From Escherichia coli (lineage in GTDB: Bacteria; Pseudomonadota; Gammaproteobacteria; Enterobacterales; Enterobacteriaceae), in NCBI RefSeq assembly GCF_030384885.1, contig NZ_CP128613.1: DNA of 64,000 bases, one strand, 5' to 3'. Of the stretch, positions 22,917 to 33,099 are shown in pieces; position 1 is the first letter of the stretch, and the number at the start of each line of letters is the position of its first letter. The notes under the pieces were generated by a model. It was not told the origin of the DNA and did not search any database. It worked only from the letters and a program-made list of their open reading frames with translations. The translations under genes were made by a program, and so were the position numbers.

Positions 22917-24959
22917 ATGGATGATAAACAAATTACGGTCTGGCTTAAACACAATTGCTGTTCAACGGACATTCCTGCCATTGCCGAGGCACTAACGAAC
23001 CATGCAGAATGGCTTTTAGAGCTAGCGCCAGATCCTATTGAACAAGGTTGTTCATGTTTACCGCCGACAGCTGCAGCCGGTATTTTTCTTGGCGCAGCGG
23101 CGATGGTTCACTGCGGCGAGGCTAGTGGTGCAGAAACCTGGCTCGAAGCAGCCATTACTGATTACCATTTCTTTAATCCAAATGGATATAGTTCATGGAG
23201 AGGCAGTACGCCTGTTTTTACAGCATTATCGCGTTACCCGGCATTAAGAATGGTGTTATTTAACGCCGCTTGCGCAATGGAAGACTGGAATAAAGCATCC
23301 GCTGTTCTTGAATCGCTTTTCCATGCCAGCGATGTAACGGAAGATAACCCTGTCGCCCCCAATTTTACCCCTTATGCGCTGAAAGCGTTTATCGCGGATT
23401 ACCACCCGTTAGGGCCTGCTTATTATGATGAAACCTGGTTGCTGGCAAAACAAGCGTGGTTAATTAATGCGGGCGTTCTGGATGAGCGAACCTGTAATAC
23501 CTGGAAGCAATATACCCGCCATTTGCGCCATTTGATCCATAATGCACAGTTTTCCGATGCGATCTCTTTTGTACGCAGTAAAAAAGAACCATTAAATCAT
23601 ATCCATACCTACTCAGACTTTTATCTCTATGCGATTGGTTTATTTTCTTCTACTGATCAGCTAAGTGAAGCGCTAACCTGGGTAAAACAATTAATCCGCA
23701 ACAATGATGGTCATTTCCATGATCTTTTCGTTTCAACTGGCGCAAAGCGCCGAATAAAGCCTGAACTTAGTACCTTGCTGAATAATCTCTTGTACAGCGC
23801 AGAGTTTCAGGCGTTGCAGGATAAATATCTCACCGTCGGACATGATGTTGTGCATTCTGGTCCCTTCATGTCACTTTATGAAAAGGTTCTTGGCGGTAAG
23901 TCCCGAAAGCGCTGCGCGATTAGTCGAAAATTAATCTCACCCGGCGAAGCGGTTTATGAATATCGTCAGCTGGATAGTGTGGAATATATTGCAGCGAAAG
24001 CGGCCTTTCAGACATCTGAGCTAAATAATATCGCCCACCGGCATCATAATGATAGTTATCAGTGGCATGAATTTGCCGTCCAATGGCCTCGTCGGGGTTC
24101 ACTTTCTCACCCAGATATTGCCCGTTATTTGTTTGAGCGCCAGGAAGGAAAATGCTTTGATGCCGCAGAGTTTATACAACTGATTGCGGAACCGTTTGTC
24201 TTTCCGATGCGTTTCATATGGGTTGCCGGGTTGTCCTTTGAATTACATCAGTATCCGGATGCCTATTTCGTAAATGACAATATGGCGGGTGAATTTGTTA
24301 ATCTCTGCTGGATGGCTATGAAATGCGGACATGCTGGCGACATTTTCAAACAACTGGCCCACGAGCCGCATGACGTTGCTGACCCTATTTACGCCATGCT
24401 CGCCACGTTTGACCGCGCTGATTGCCGTAGCGCCGCCGCCGCGCACTTTGGACAACCGGAACTACCGGAAATAATGGCACTGGCTTTCAGTTCGAGGTTA
24501 TCGCTCGACAGCGTCCTTACCATCGCTGAGTTTGGTAAAAATCAGCCGCGATTTTCACATGCGCTAGCAACGGCCCTCCTGCGTTACAACCTGCACATCT
24601 ACTCAAACTATATGCCGCAGGTTAACTGGTACCTTCAGGGGCTGGAACACTATGCTTTGGCAAAAGGCGGTCAACTTTTAAATTTCTTTGTGCATATTCC
24701 AGAACAAATTCCCGTTCTGGCGACCATGCTGGAACATGGCGTATTAGTGCGTGGGATCGGTGAAGGTGCCTATGATGGTTATGATAATTCAGCAAATTCA
24801 TTTCATCATGCCGCCGTGATGCACTGCCTCACGCACGCGCCGGAAAAAGTCCGCTACTGGATGGAAACACCCTGGATTCAGAACTATTTAGTGAATGCGC
24901 CGCTGCGTCAAACGGCGCGCCATGTGGAAGCCTGGCATAAAAAGTTTGGCATCAAATGA
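22917..24959 (+). CDS. hypothetical protein, about 680 aa, no family recognised; probably cytoplasmic, Cys/His-rich N-terminus
   Basis: Single long ORF (table entry 22863..24959, which starts at a TTG); the ATG at 22917 has ggag 11 nt upstream. No signal peptide or TM segment by eye. Sits between convergent tpx and tyrR where recalled K-12 order has no gene. Confidence 0.6.
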   Translation: MDDKQITVWLKHNCCSTDIPAIAEALTNHAEWLLELAPDPIEQGCSCLPPTAAAGIFLGAAAMVHCGEASGAETWLEAAITDYHFFNPNGYSSWRGSTPVFTALSRYPALRMVLFNAACAMEDWNKASAVLESLFHASDVTEDNPVAPNFTPYALKAFIADYHPLGPAYYDETWLLAKQAWLINAGVLDERTCNTWKQYTRHLRHLIHNAQFSDAISFVRSKKEPLNHIHTYSDFYLYAIGLFSSTDQLSEALTWVKQLIRNNDGHFHDLFVSTGAKRRIKPELSTLLNNLLYSAEFQALQDKYLTVGHDVVHSGPFMSLYEKVLGGKSRKRCAISRKLISPGEAVYEYRQLDSVEYIAAKAAFQTSELNNIAHRHHNDSYQWHEFAVQWPRRGSLSHPDIARYLFERQEGKCFDAAEFIQLIAEPFVFPMRFIWVAGLSFELHQYPDAYFVNDNMAGEFVNLCWMAMKCGHAGDIFKQLAHEPHDVADPIYAMLATFDRADCRSAAAAHFGQPELPEIMALAFSSRLSLDSVLTIAEFGKNQPRFSHALATALLRYNLHIYSNYMPQVNWYLQGLEHYALAKGGQLLNFFVHIPEQIPVLATMLEHGVLVRGIGEGAYDGYDNSANSFHHAAVMHCLTHAPEKVRYWMETPWIQNYLVNAPLRQTARHVEAWHKKFGIK

Positions 24960-24996
24960 ACGTTGCCGCTGCGCCTGAACGGCGCAGCCAGCACAA

Positions 24997-26538
24997 TCAC
25001 TCTTCGCTTTTCTTCTGGTTTAAGCCATATTCCCGCAACTTATTGGCAATCGCGGTATGCGAAACGCCGAGACGTTTTGCCAGTTTGCGCGTGCTGGGAT
25101 AATTGCGATAAAGCTGAGTTAATACCGAGCGTTCAAAACGGCTGGTGATTTCGTCCAGCGAACCTTCCATCGCATCTTCGCCCACGGCTACCGTTGCGGC
25201 GTCATAATCCGGTAACAAAATATCCTGTGGACGTAGCTCATAACCGTCCAGTTGTGTCAGTGCGCGATAAATAGCGTTCTTTAACTGCCGCACATTTCCC
25301 GGCCACGCATAACGCGTAAGTACAGTATTCAGGTCAGCGGCCAGTTTCGGACGCGGCACGCCCTGCTCGTCGGCAAAGCGGGCGACGAACAGCTCGGTTA
25401 ACGGCATGATGTCCTGCGGACAGTCACGTAGCGGCGGCAGATTGAGCGTCAACACGTTCAGACGATAATAGAGATCTTCACGGAAAACGCCTTTTTGCAC
25501 CAGTTCGACTAAATTCTTCTGCGTAGCGCAAATAACCCTTACATCGACATGCACTTCATGATCTTCACCAACTCGACGGAAAGTACCATCATTAAGGAAA
25601 CGCAGTAATTTCGCCTGCATCCTTGGCGACATCTCGCCTATCTCATCTAACAGCACCGAACCACCGTTCGCCTGCTCAAAGAACCCTTTTTTACCTTCCG
25701 GAGCATGACCAAACAGTTCACTCTCGACCGCATCTTCCGGTATAGACGCGCAGTTCAGCGCCAGGTAAGGTTTGCCCGCTCGTGGGCTTGCCTGATGGCA
25801 GGCGTAGGCAAAGAGATCTTTACCTGTACCGGTGTCACCCGTAATCAGCAACGGCGCGCTTAGCATCGCCAGTTTCTGCGCCTGTTCGACAACATGCTTC
25901 ATTTTCGGGCTGACGGCGACAATTTGACTGAAGGCACTGACGTCCTGTGCAGCGACATTCTGCAACTGACGGCCCATACGAATCGTCGAGCGCAACATCA
26001 CCACCGCACCGGTCAGAACGTGTTGATCATTTTCATCCTGAAGATAAACAGGCGTAATCTCCATCAGGAAATTCTGCCCATTAATAACGACATGCTCGTT
26101 ATGCGAGTCTTGCGGTTCGCTTTCCAGCCAGCGTAAAAAATTAAAGCCGTTAATTAATTGCGCGGCGGTATGGTTGCGCAGGCGATCCAATTTTTGCCCA
26201 AAAAGCTGACAGCTCGCCGGGTTCGCCATATCCACTTTGCTTTTCATATCAACAGAAAGCACAGGCTCAGGCAACGCCTCCAGTAACGCGCTCAACGCCA
26301 GATGCTCACGTTCGGAAGGCATCCACGGAACAGTGCGCACATCGGTAACACCTGCAATACGGCGTATTTCGGCCATCAGACTGCTGAAACTTTCAAATTC
26401 CAGTTCGGCAAAATTGAGGTAGATTCGCCCAATGGGGTCAATCTCAATACCGCGTAAATCAATGCCTCTTAGCACGAGTAGATCGAGTAATTCGCGGGTC
26501 AGACCGAGTCGGTCTTCACAAAAGACTTCCAGACGCAT
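24997..26538 (-). CDS. tyrR: transcriptional regulator TyrR (sigma54-type AAA+ enhancer-binding family)
   Basis: 513 aa from the ATG at 26538 (MRLEVFCEDRLGLTREL); central AAA+ domain (GDTGTGKD, GAFTGA-like) and C-terminal HTH. Confidence 0.93.
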   Translation of the reverse strand: MRLEVFCEDRLGLTRELLDLLVLRGIDLRGIEIDPIGRIYLNFAELEFESFSSLMAEIRRIAGVTDVRTVPWMPSEREHLALSALLEALPEPVLSVDMKSKVDMANPASCQLFGQKLDRLRNHTAAQLINGFNFLRWLESEPQDSHNEHVVINGQNFLMEITPVYLQDENDQHVLTGAVVMLRSTIRMGRQLQNVAAQDVSAFSQIVAVSPKMKHVVEQAQKLAMLSAPLLITGDTGTGKDLFAYACHQASPRAGKPYLALNCASIPEDAVESELFGHAPEGKKGFFEQANGGSVLLDEIGEMSPRMQAKLLRFLNDGTFRRVGEDHEVHVDVRVICATQKNLVELVQKGVFREDLYYRLNVLTLNLPPLRDCPQDIMPLTELFVARFADEQGVPRPKLAADLNTVLTRYAWPGNVRQLKNAIYRALTQLDGYELRPQDILLPDYDAATVAVGEDAMEGSLDEITSRFERSVLTQLYRNYPSTRKLAKRLGVSHTAIANKLREYGLNQKKSEE

Positions 26539-26608
26539 GGGAACCTTCACCTGAAAAAAGAACAATTAATATGATGATATGACACTATTTGGATAGCAGG
26601 AAGGTTTC

Positions 26609-26626
26609 TGTCAACAATCATTGACA
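26609..26626 (-). promoter_or_regulatory. TyrR box (TGTAAA-N6-TTTACA-like palindrome) in the tyrR promoter
   Basis: tgtcaacaatcattgaca is an 18-bp palindrome matching the TyrR box pattern, upstream of the tyrR start. Confidence 0.55.
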
Positions 26627-26685
26627 CAAAGACGGAAAAACGGGCACTTCGGCGTAAAGATATCCGGTCAGCACCCGATATTGCA

Positions 26686-27747
26686 TTATTTTTCGCTGGG
26701 CGTTTTGCCTTTTTGCAGCGTCTCTTTCACCTGACCGATAAGCTGACGACGGAAATCCCCGAGGCGAGGTTTGTCATCGTCAATCCACGGCAGCGGGCGG
26801 CAAAGCTCCATAGCTTTAATCCCCAGTCGTGCCGTCAGAAGTCCAGCACCAATCCCCTGAGCTGCCCGGGTAGACAAACGCGCAGCGAGATCTTGCGACA
26901 TCCAGTCCATCCCCACTTCGCGCACCAGTTCGCTGGCTCCGGCGAAAGCGATATTCAGCAATACCAGCTTAAACAGGCGCAAACGGCTGTAATATCCCAG
27001 TTCAATGCCATACAGCGTGGCGATGCGATTGATCAAACGCAGATTGCGCCAGGCGATAAATGCCATATCCACCAGCGCCAGCGGGCTAACGGCGATCATT
27101 AACGTTGATTCCGCCGCTGAGCGACTGATTTCGCGCCGCGCCTGGGCATCTAAAACCGGCTGGACCAGATGAGCATACAGGCTGACCACTTCACGATCGT
27201 TCTGCGTTTCATGGATTGAGGCATACCAGCGTTGCAGTGCCGGATGCGACTGGTCGATGCCCGCCTGCTGCGCCAGTTTTTCGCAGAATGCACGGCCTTT
27301 ACCCGTGCCGTGACTGTGCAACAAATCGCGCGCTTCGTCGCGTTCATGGGCGCGCTGTCGCAAGCGCCATAAACGCCGCCACTCTGTTACCACAGAACCT
27401 ACGCCAGCGCCGATAATCAATGCCCCAGCGGCACATCCACCCAGCGCTACCCAATCCTGAGTTTGCCAGGCATTCATCGTCCACTGCACGCCCTGCCCGA
27501 CAACGCTTGCACCAAACAGAGCCAACCCGCCCATCACCATTTTGCGCCACAGGCTGCGTTTCGGACGTAACGCTGCGTCCATCACCGCTTCAACTTGCCC
27601 CTCTTCTTCCTGCGCTTCGTCGAGCGTGGCCGGGGCAAAATTTTGCGCCTGATTTTCGTCAAAGGTCTGCTGCGCCCTGAATTTTGGATTCTGATCGACC
27701 TCCAGTGGACCGTCGAAATCAATACGTGGTTTTAACGGTTCGGTCAT
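26686..27747 (-). CDS. ycjF: UPF0283 inner-membrane protein YcjF
   Basis: 353 aa with predicted TM helices; start overlaps the ycjX stop by 4 bp (operon). Confidence 0.85.
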   Translation of the reverse strand: MTEPLKPRIDFDGPLEVDQNPKFRAQQTFDENQAQNFAPATLDEAQEEEGQVEAVMDAALRPKRSLWRKMVMGGLALFGASVVGQGVQWTMNAWQTQDWVALGGCAAGALIIGAGVGSVVTEWRRLWRLRQRAHERDEARDLLHSHGTGKGRAFCEKLAQQAGIDQSHPALQRWYASIHETQNDREVVSLYAHLVQPVLDAQARREISRSAAESTLMIAVSPLALVDMAFIAWRNLRLINRIATLYGIELGYYSRLRLFKLVLLNIAFAGASELVREVGMDWMSQDLAARLSTRAAQGIGAGLLTARLGIKAMELCRPLPWIDDDKPRLGDFRRQLIGQVKETLQKGKTPSEK

Positions 27748-29141
27748 CGCAATTTATCTCCTATTAAAAATTCCAGCGCAGCATCAAGACGAATATGCGG
27801 CAGCGGTTTGTCGACATCCATCACCTGCGGACGAAACGCCTCAAACTGGAAGCCTTGCTTATCCCAGAACGCCTGACCAGGCAAACGTGCGGGAACTTCG
27901 CCAGGATAAACAGTGAGCGGTGCGCCATCGCTGAGTCGATTACCGCGCAGCGCCGGGATTTTCTCACCGTTAACATCAATAATGCCGCTGGTGGTCGCCT
28001 GAACTGACGCCAGCCCCAGGCAGTCCATGCTGATCCCTTCGAACGCCGCATTTTGCCAAGCATCCTGAATCAGTTGTTGCAGTAATGAAACCATATTGGC
28101 GTGCTGATCGATGGTCACATGGTCTGCTTTAGTGGCAGCAAACAATAGCTTATCGATAACCGGCGAAAACAAACGCCGGAACAGGGTTCGCTGCCCGTAG
28201 TGGAAACTTTGCATCAGCTGCGTCAGCGCCAGACGCATATCATTAAATGCCTGTGGCCCACTGTTGAGCGGTTGCAGGCAATCCACCAGCACAATCTGCC
28301 GATCAAAGCGCAGAAAATGATTTTTATAGAACCCCTTCACCACTTTCTCGCAGTAATAATTAAATCGTTCGCGCAGCATTCCGGCATTGGTGTGCTTGTC
28401 GGCCTGTGCAAGTTTTGATTCGCCCCAGGCATCGACATCTGGCCACGGGAAGAATTGCAGCGCGGGCGCACCTGCCATATCGCCCGGCAAGACAAAACGT
28501 CCAGGCTGAATAAAGTGCAGCCCCTGCTGTTTGCAGTGGTGGAGATAATCGGTCCATGCGGCCGCAATGTCTGCAAGACGGTTTTCGTCGGCAGGTGCTA
28601 GTGGGTCCAGCCCTTCGCACATCATTCGCCATTTTGCCGACCATTCGCCGCGCTGACCATTGAGTAAGCCCGTCATCTGGCGCGACCAGCTTAAATAGTC
28701 CTGCGCCAACATCGGCAAGTCGAGTAACCATTCGCCGGGATAATCCACTATCTCCAGATACAACGTGGAAGTGTCTTTGAAGTGACGCAACAGCGAATCG
28801 TTCGATTTATAGCGTAGCGCCAGGCGAATCTCACTGACGCCGCGTGTTGGGGTCGGCCAGGCGGGAGGATCGCCATATAACTGCGCCAGCCCTTCATCGT
28901 AGGTGAAGCGCGGAATGCCAAAGTCACGCTGGGGAATGCGTTTTACGCCCAGCAGGCGCTCTTCACGCACCGCACTTAATAGCGGCAAGCGTGCTCCGGC
29001 ATGAATATTGAGCAACTGATTGACCATCGCAGTGATAAACGCGGTTTTGCCGCTGCGGCTAAGTCCGGTTACAGCGAGGCGCAGATGTCTGTCGACACCC
29101 CGATTCACCAGCGCATTAAGTTCATTTTTAAGTCGCTTCAT
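27744..29141 (-). CDS. ycjX: P-loop NTPase YcjX (DUF463)
   Basis: 465 aa; Walker [11 protein letters not shown] near the N-terminus. Confidence 0.85.
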   Translation of the reverse strand: MKRLKNELNALVNRGVDRHLRLAVTGLSRSGKTAFITAMVNQLLNIHAGARLPLLSAVREERLLGVKRIPQRDFGIPRFTYDEGLAQLYGDPPAWPTPTRGVSEIRLALRYKSNDSLLRHFKDTSTLYLEIVDYPGEWLLDLPMLAQDYLSWSRQMTGLLNGQRGEWSAKWRMMCEGLDPLAPADENRLADIAAAWTDYLHHCKQQGLHFIQPGRFVLPGDMAGAPALQFFPWPDVDAWGESKLAQADKHTNAGMLRERFNYYCEKVVKGFYKNHFLRFDRQIVLVDCLQPLNSGPQAFNDMRLALTQLMQSFHYGQRTLFRRLFSPVIDKLLFAATKADHVTIDQHANMVSLLQQLIQDAWQNAAFEGISMDCLGLASVQATTSGIIDVNGEKIPALRGNRLSDGAPLTVYPGEVPARLPGQAFWDKQGFQFEAFRPQVMDVDKPLPHIRLDAALEFLIGDKLR

Positions 29142-29284
29142 TGCTGTCCTGTGGACCAGAAAAAATCATTCGTAAGGATATGAATGTGGGGGCCATGCCC
29201 TTGATTATCAACTGCCCGTGTTGTCATCTTGAGGGGAACTCCATAAGATGTGCAGCATTCACGTTCGGACGGAGTTCCTGACCT

Positions 29285-30283
29285 ATGTCCCCTACTATTT
29301 ATGATATTGCCAGGGTTGCCGGCGTATCAAAGTCCACCGTATCACGCGTGCTGAATAAGCAAACCAATATCTCCCCGGAAGCGCGCGAAAAAGTGTTACG
29401 GGCCATTGAAGAATTACAGTATCAGCCAAATAAACTGGCCCGCGCGCTGACCTCTTCGGGCTTTGATGCCATTATGGTGATTTCTACCCGTTCGACCAAA
29501 ACTACGGCGGGTAACCCGTTTTTCTCCGAAGTTTTGCATGCCATTACCGCCAAAGCGGAAGATGAGGGTTTCGACGTGATATTGCAGACGTCGCACAACC
29601 CGGCTGAAGACTTACAAAAATGTGAAAGCAAAATTAAGCAGAAAATGATTAAAGGCATTATTATGCTAAGTTCGCCAGCAGATGAGTCTTTTTTCGCCCA
29701 ACTCGATAAATACGATATTCCGGTGGTAGTAATTGGCAAAGTTGAAGGTGAATATGCCCATGTTTATTCTGTCGATACCGATAATTTTGGCGACAGTATT
29801 GCGCTGACCGATGCATTAATTGAAAGTGGACATAAAAATATTGCCTGCCTACATGCTCCGCTTGATGTCCATGTTTCGGTTGACCGCGTTAATGGTTATA
29901 AGCAAAGTCTGGAAGATCATAATATTGCAGTGCGCAATCAGTGGATCGTTGACGGCGGTTATACCCATGAGACAGCACTGCAAGCCGCGCGGGAATTATT
30001 AAGCCAGTCACCGTTGCCTGAGGCAGTGTTTGCTACTGACAGCCTGAAATTAATGAGCATTTATCGTGCGGCGGCAGAGAAAAACATTGCTATTCCGCAG
30101 CAGTTAGCGGTGGTGGGTTATAGTAATGAAACGCTGTCGTTTATATTAACGCCTGCACCGGGCGGCATCGATGTTCCGACGCAGGAGTTAGGTCAACAAA
30201 GCTGCGAGTTATTATTCCGCTTAATTGCCGGAAAACCGTCACCACAAAATATTACCGTTGCCACGCATATGTCGTTGAAATAA
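29285..30283 (+). CDS. ycjW: LacI-family transcriptional regulator YcjW
   Basis: 332 aa; N-terminal HTH ([21 protein letters not shown]) and periplasmic-binding-protein-like domain. Confidence 0.9.
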   Translation: MSPTIYDIARVAGVSKSTVSRVLNKQTNISPEAREKVLRAIEELQYQPNKLARALTSSGFDAIMVISTRSTKTTAGNPFFSEVLHAITAKAEDEGFDVILQTSHNPAEDLQKCESKIKQKMIKGIIMLSSPADESFFAQLDKYDIPVVVIGKVEGEYAHVYSVDTDNFGDSIALTDALIESGHKNIACLHAPLDVHVSVDRVNGYKQSLEDHNIAVRNQWIVDGGYTHETALQAARELLSQSPLPEAVFATDSLKLMSIYRAAAEKNIAIPQQLAVVGYSNETLSFILTPAPGGIDVPTQELGQQSCELLFRLIAGKPSPQNITVATHMSLK

Positions 30284-30299
30284 ATGCCAGCTACGTTGC

Positions 30300-30385
30300 C
30301 TGAATGCCGGATGCGATGCTGGCGCATCTTATCCGGCCTACATTTATAAACCGGATAAAGTACTCGCGCCGCATCCGGCAATTTA
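30300..30385. repeat. REP elements between ycjW and ompG
   Basis: gccggatgcgatgctggcgcatcttatccggcctac and ccggataaagtactcgcgccgcatccggc. Confidence 0.8.
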
Positions 30386-30393
30386 GCACATTA

Positions 30394-31299
30394 TCAGAAC
30401 GCGTAATTCACACCGACACCTGCATAATGGAATTTATCGCTATCGCCTTCGTCGTGATCCTGCCACTCAAACGCATATTCCAGCGAAACGGAAAGACCAT
30501 TCTGGAAATCATAACCGTAAAACAAACCAAGACGGTTAAAATCATGGCCTTCACGTTCGATATCATCCTGCCAGTCCCAGTTACTCCAGCGATCCAACCC
30601 AATGCGCGTATACGGCGTCACCGAGTGATTGCCGAGCGTCAACGGTAAATAGGCGCGAATTTCTTGCGTGGAGAATTCACCGTTATTGCGGCTGTCGTCC
30701 ATATTGAAGCCGCGCTCGAGATAATAGTTCACCCGCAAGGCAACCGTTTCGTTGAAAGTATATTGCAGACCCGTTTCCGTTTCGACACGGGTATCAGCAT
30801 AACCGGTCGTGTTCAGATCGTTGGCAAATTTATACATCGACAGCCAACCGTTGAAACGTAAATCGTCAGTCAGTTTCACGTCCCAGTCTGGCGCGATTTT
30901 CCAGCGCTGCATATTTGCCGTGTCTTTACCCGGTTCATCAACATAGTGATAACCATAGTTACGGAAACCACCGGTCAGGCCGAAACTGAAATCATCGCTT
31001 TCGAGAAACTGATAATGCACTTCCAGTTCCGGGCGATCAAACCAGGTTCCACGTTTACCCGCGCTATAATCTACTGGCCCTTCCTGGTAATAAGCCAGCG
31101 ATATTCTCCACGGCCCGTTGGCAGCATTAAAATAGACGGAAGGCTCCGCCAGCCCGTCCATATCTTCGCCATAACCCTCGACGTTTTCTATTTCGTACAT
31201 CGCGCCGATATTAAAGTGCCAGTCTTTTTTTTCCTCAGCCTGTGCGCAGGCCATTCCCGCACACATCACCAGTGCGGTACAGGGTAATAACTTTTTCAT
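30394..31299 (-). CDS. ompG: outer membrane porin OmpG
   Basis: 301 aa; signal peptide then beta-barrel ending in an aromatic residue (YAF). Confidence 0.92.
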   Translation of the reverse strand: MKKLLPCTALVMCAGMACAQAEEKKDWHFNIGAMYEIENVEGYGEDMDGLAEPSVYFNAANGPWRISLAYYQEGPVDYSAGKRGTWFDRPELEVHYQFLESDDFSFGLTGGFRNYGYHYVDEPGKDTANMQRWKIAPDWDVKLTDDLRFNGWLSMYKFANDLNTTGYADTRVETETGLQYTFNETVALRVNYYLERGFNMDDSRNNGEFSTQEIRAYLPLTLGNHSVTPYTRIGLDRWSNWDWQDDIEREGHDFNRLGLFYGYDFQNGLSVSLEYAFEWQDHDEGDSDKFHYAGVGVNYAF

Positions 31300-31343
31300 T
31301 ATTGTTCCTTGTATTATCCTGGGGGAATGCCTTCCCCCTGTAT

Positions 31344-32426
31344 TTAGCGAATTGCTATTTCCGTTTCTGCATCAAAGAAATGACATTTGGTCATATCGAA
31401 ATGAATAGTGACGTTTTCTCCTGCATGATAATCATTTAACGCACCGGCACGGACCACCAGCTCGTGCCCCCCAACCGTGGTGTAGAGCATAAATTCCGCA
31501 CCGGTTAATTCCGCCACGCTAATTTTGGCGGAAATGTTATTTTCCTCTTGCGCATCCGGATGAATATCTTCCGGGCGTATTCCCATCACAATGGGTTTAT
31601 GCAAACTTTCCTGCGTTTTCAGAACCGCTAATTTATCTTCGGGAATGGTTAATTTAAGCGTTTCCGTAACGAATTTATCGCCATCGATCGTGCCGCGAAT
31701 AAAATTCATTGCTGGTGACCCAATAAATCCGGCAACAAACATATTCGCCGGTTGGTTATAGACCGTTTTCGGCGCACCGACCTGCTGAACAATCCCATCC
31801 TTCATAATGACAATCCGCGTCGCCATGGTCATCGCTTCGGTCTGATCGTGGGTCACGTAGATCATGGTGGTGTTCAGTTTCTGATGCAGCTTGCTGATTT
31901 CCGCTCGCATTTGTACGCGCAGCTTGGCATCCAGGTTAGAGAGCGGTTCATCCATTAAAAACACGCCCGCTTCGCGCACAATCGCCCGTCCGAGCGCCAC
32001 ACGCTGGCGTTGCCCGCCGGAAAGCGCGCCCGGCTTGCGTTTCAGGTACTCACGCAGGCCGAGGATTTGCGCCGCCCAGTTAACCCGCTCATCAATCACC
32101 TCTTTGGCGATTTTTTGCATCTTCAGGCCAAACGCCATGTTGTCGTAGACCGTCATATGCGGATACAGCGCGTAGTTCTGGAAAACCATCGCGATATTGC
32201 GCGCTTTGGCCGGAACGTCGTTCATTCGTTTGCCGTCGATCAACAGATCGCCGCCGCTGATCTCCTCAAGCCCGGCAATCATACGCAGCGTCGTCGATTT
32301 ACCGCAGCCCGACGGACCGACAAACACGATGAACTCTTTATCGGCAATCTCCAGGTTGAAGTCCTTCACCACATGCACCTGGTTATCGTAGATCTTTTGA
32401 ATATGTTGTAACGAAAGCTGTGCCAT
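31344..32426 (-). CDS. ycjV: ABC transporter ATP-binding protein (MalK-like), apparently intact
   Basis: 360 aa; Walker A GPSGCGKST, signature LSGGQRQR, Walker B FLMDEP. Confidence 0.88.
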   Translation of the reverse strand: MAQLSLQHIQKIYDNQVHVVKDFNLEIADKEFIVFVGPSGCGKSTTLRMIAGLEEISGGDLLIDGKRMNDVPAKARNIAMVFQNYALYPHMTVYDNMAFGLKMQKIAKEVIDERVNWAAQILGLREYLKRKPGALSGGQRQRVALGRAIVREAGVFLMDEPLSNLDAKLRVQMRAEISKLHQKLNTTMIYVTHDQTEAMTMATRIVIMKDGIVQQVGAPKTVYNQPANMFVAGFIGSPAMNFIRGTIDGDKFVTETLKLTIPEDKLAVLKTQESLHKPIVMGIRPEDIHPDAQEENNISAKISVAELTGAEFMLYTTVGGHELVVRAGALNDYHAGENVTIHFDMTKCHFFDAETEIAIR

Positions 32427-32439
32427 GTTGATTCCTTTG

Positions 32440-33099
32440 CTATACGTTTTGCCAGAAGGCCGATAACCGCGGCCAGGTCAGGGACTCCGTTGAGGGCAAC
32501 AGTAATTGCGCCCCAGTTAAGCCCGCGCCGATCCCCACCGAACGCATACCGCTGGCGTTAATGGCGTCAATGCCCGCCTGCGCATCTTCAATGCCGATAC
32601 ATGCCTGCGGCGGCACGCCCAGCCCGGCACAGGCGGCGAGAAAGATTTCCGGGTCCGGTTTCGAGTGTTTAAGTTGGGAAGCGTCCGCGCAGAAGGTGAA
32701 AAACTCGCGCAGCTCCAGCGCCGCTAAAATTGTTGGGGCATTCAGAGAGACGGAGGCCAGCCCTACCGGGATGCCTTGCGCCCGAAGATCTGCCAGCAAA
32801 GGCCGAATTCCCGGCAGAACAGCGTTAACCGTCAGTTCGCGCAGTGAGTGGACGTAGAGCAGATTTTTGCGATACGCCAGTTGCGCCCGCTCTTGCACGT
32901 TAAAGTCGCCCTCTTTGCCCCCGTGTTGCAGAATGCGCCGCAGGGACTCATCGCGGCTGATCCCTTTTAACGTCTCGTTAAATTGCGCATCGATGCTGAT
33001 GCCGATTTCGGCGGCAATCTGCTGCCATGCCTGGAAGTGCAGATGTGCGGTGTCGGTGATCACGCCATCCAGATCGAAAATTACCCCTTGTAGTTTCAT
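32440..33099 (-). CDS. pgmB: beta-phosphoglucomutase (HAD superfamily)
   Basis: 219 aa; HAD motif [10 protein letters not shown]. Confidence 0.9.
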   Translation of the reverse strand: MKLQGVIFDLDGVITDTAHLHFQAWQQIAAEIGISIDAQFNETLKGISRDESLRRILQHGGKEGDFNVQERAQLAYRKNLLYVHSLRELTVNAVLPGIRPLLADLRAQGIPVGLASVSLNAPTILAALELREFFTFCADASQLKHSKPDPEIFLAACAGLGVPPQACIGIEDAQAGIDAINASGMRSVGIGAGLTGAQLLLPSTESLTWPRLSAFWQNV

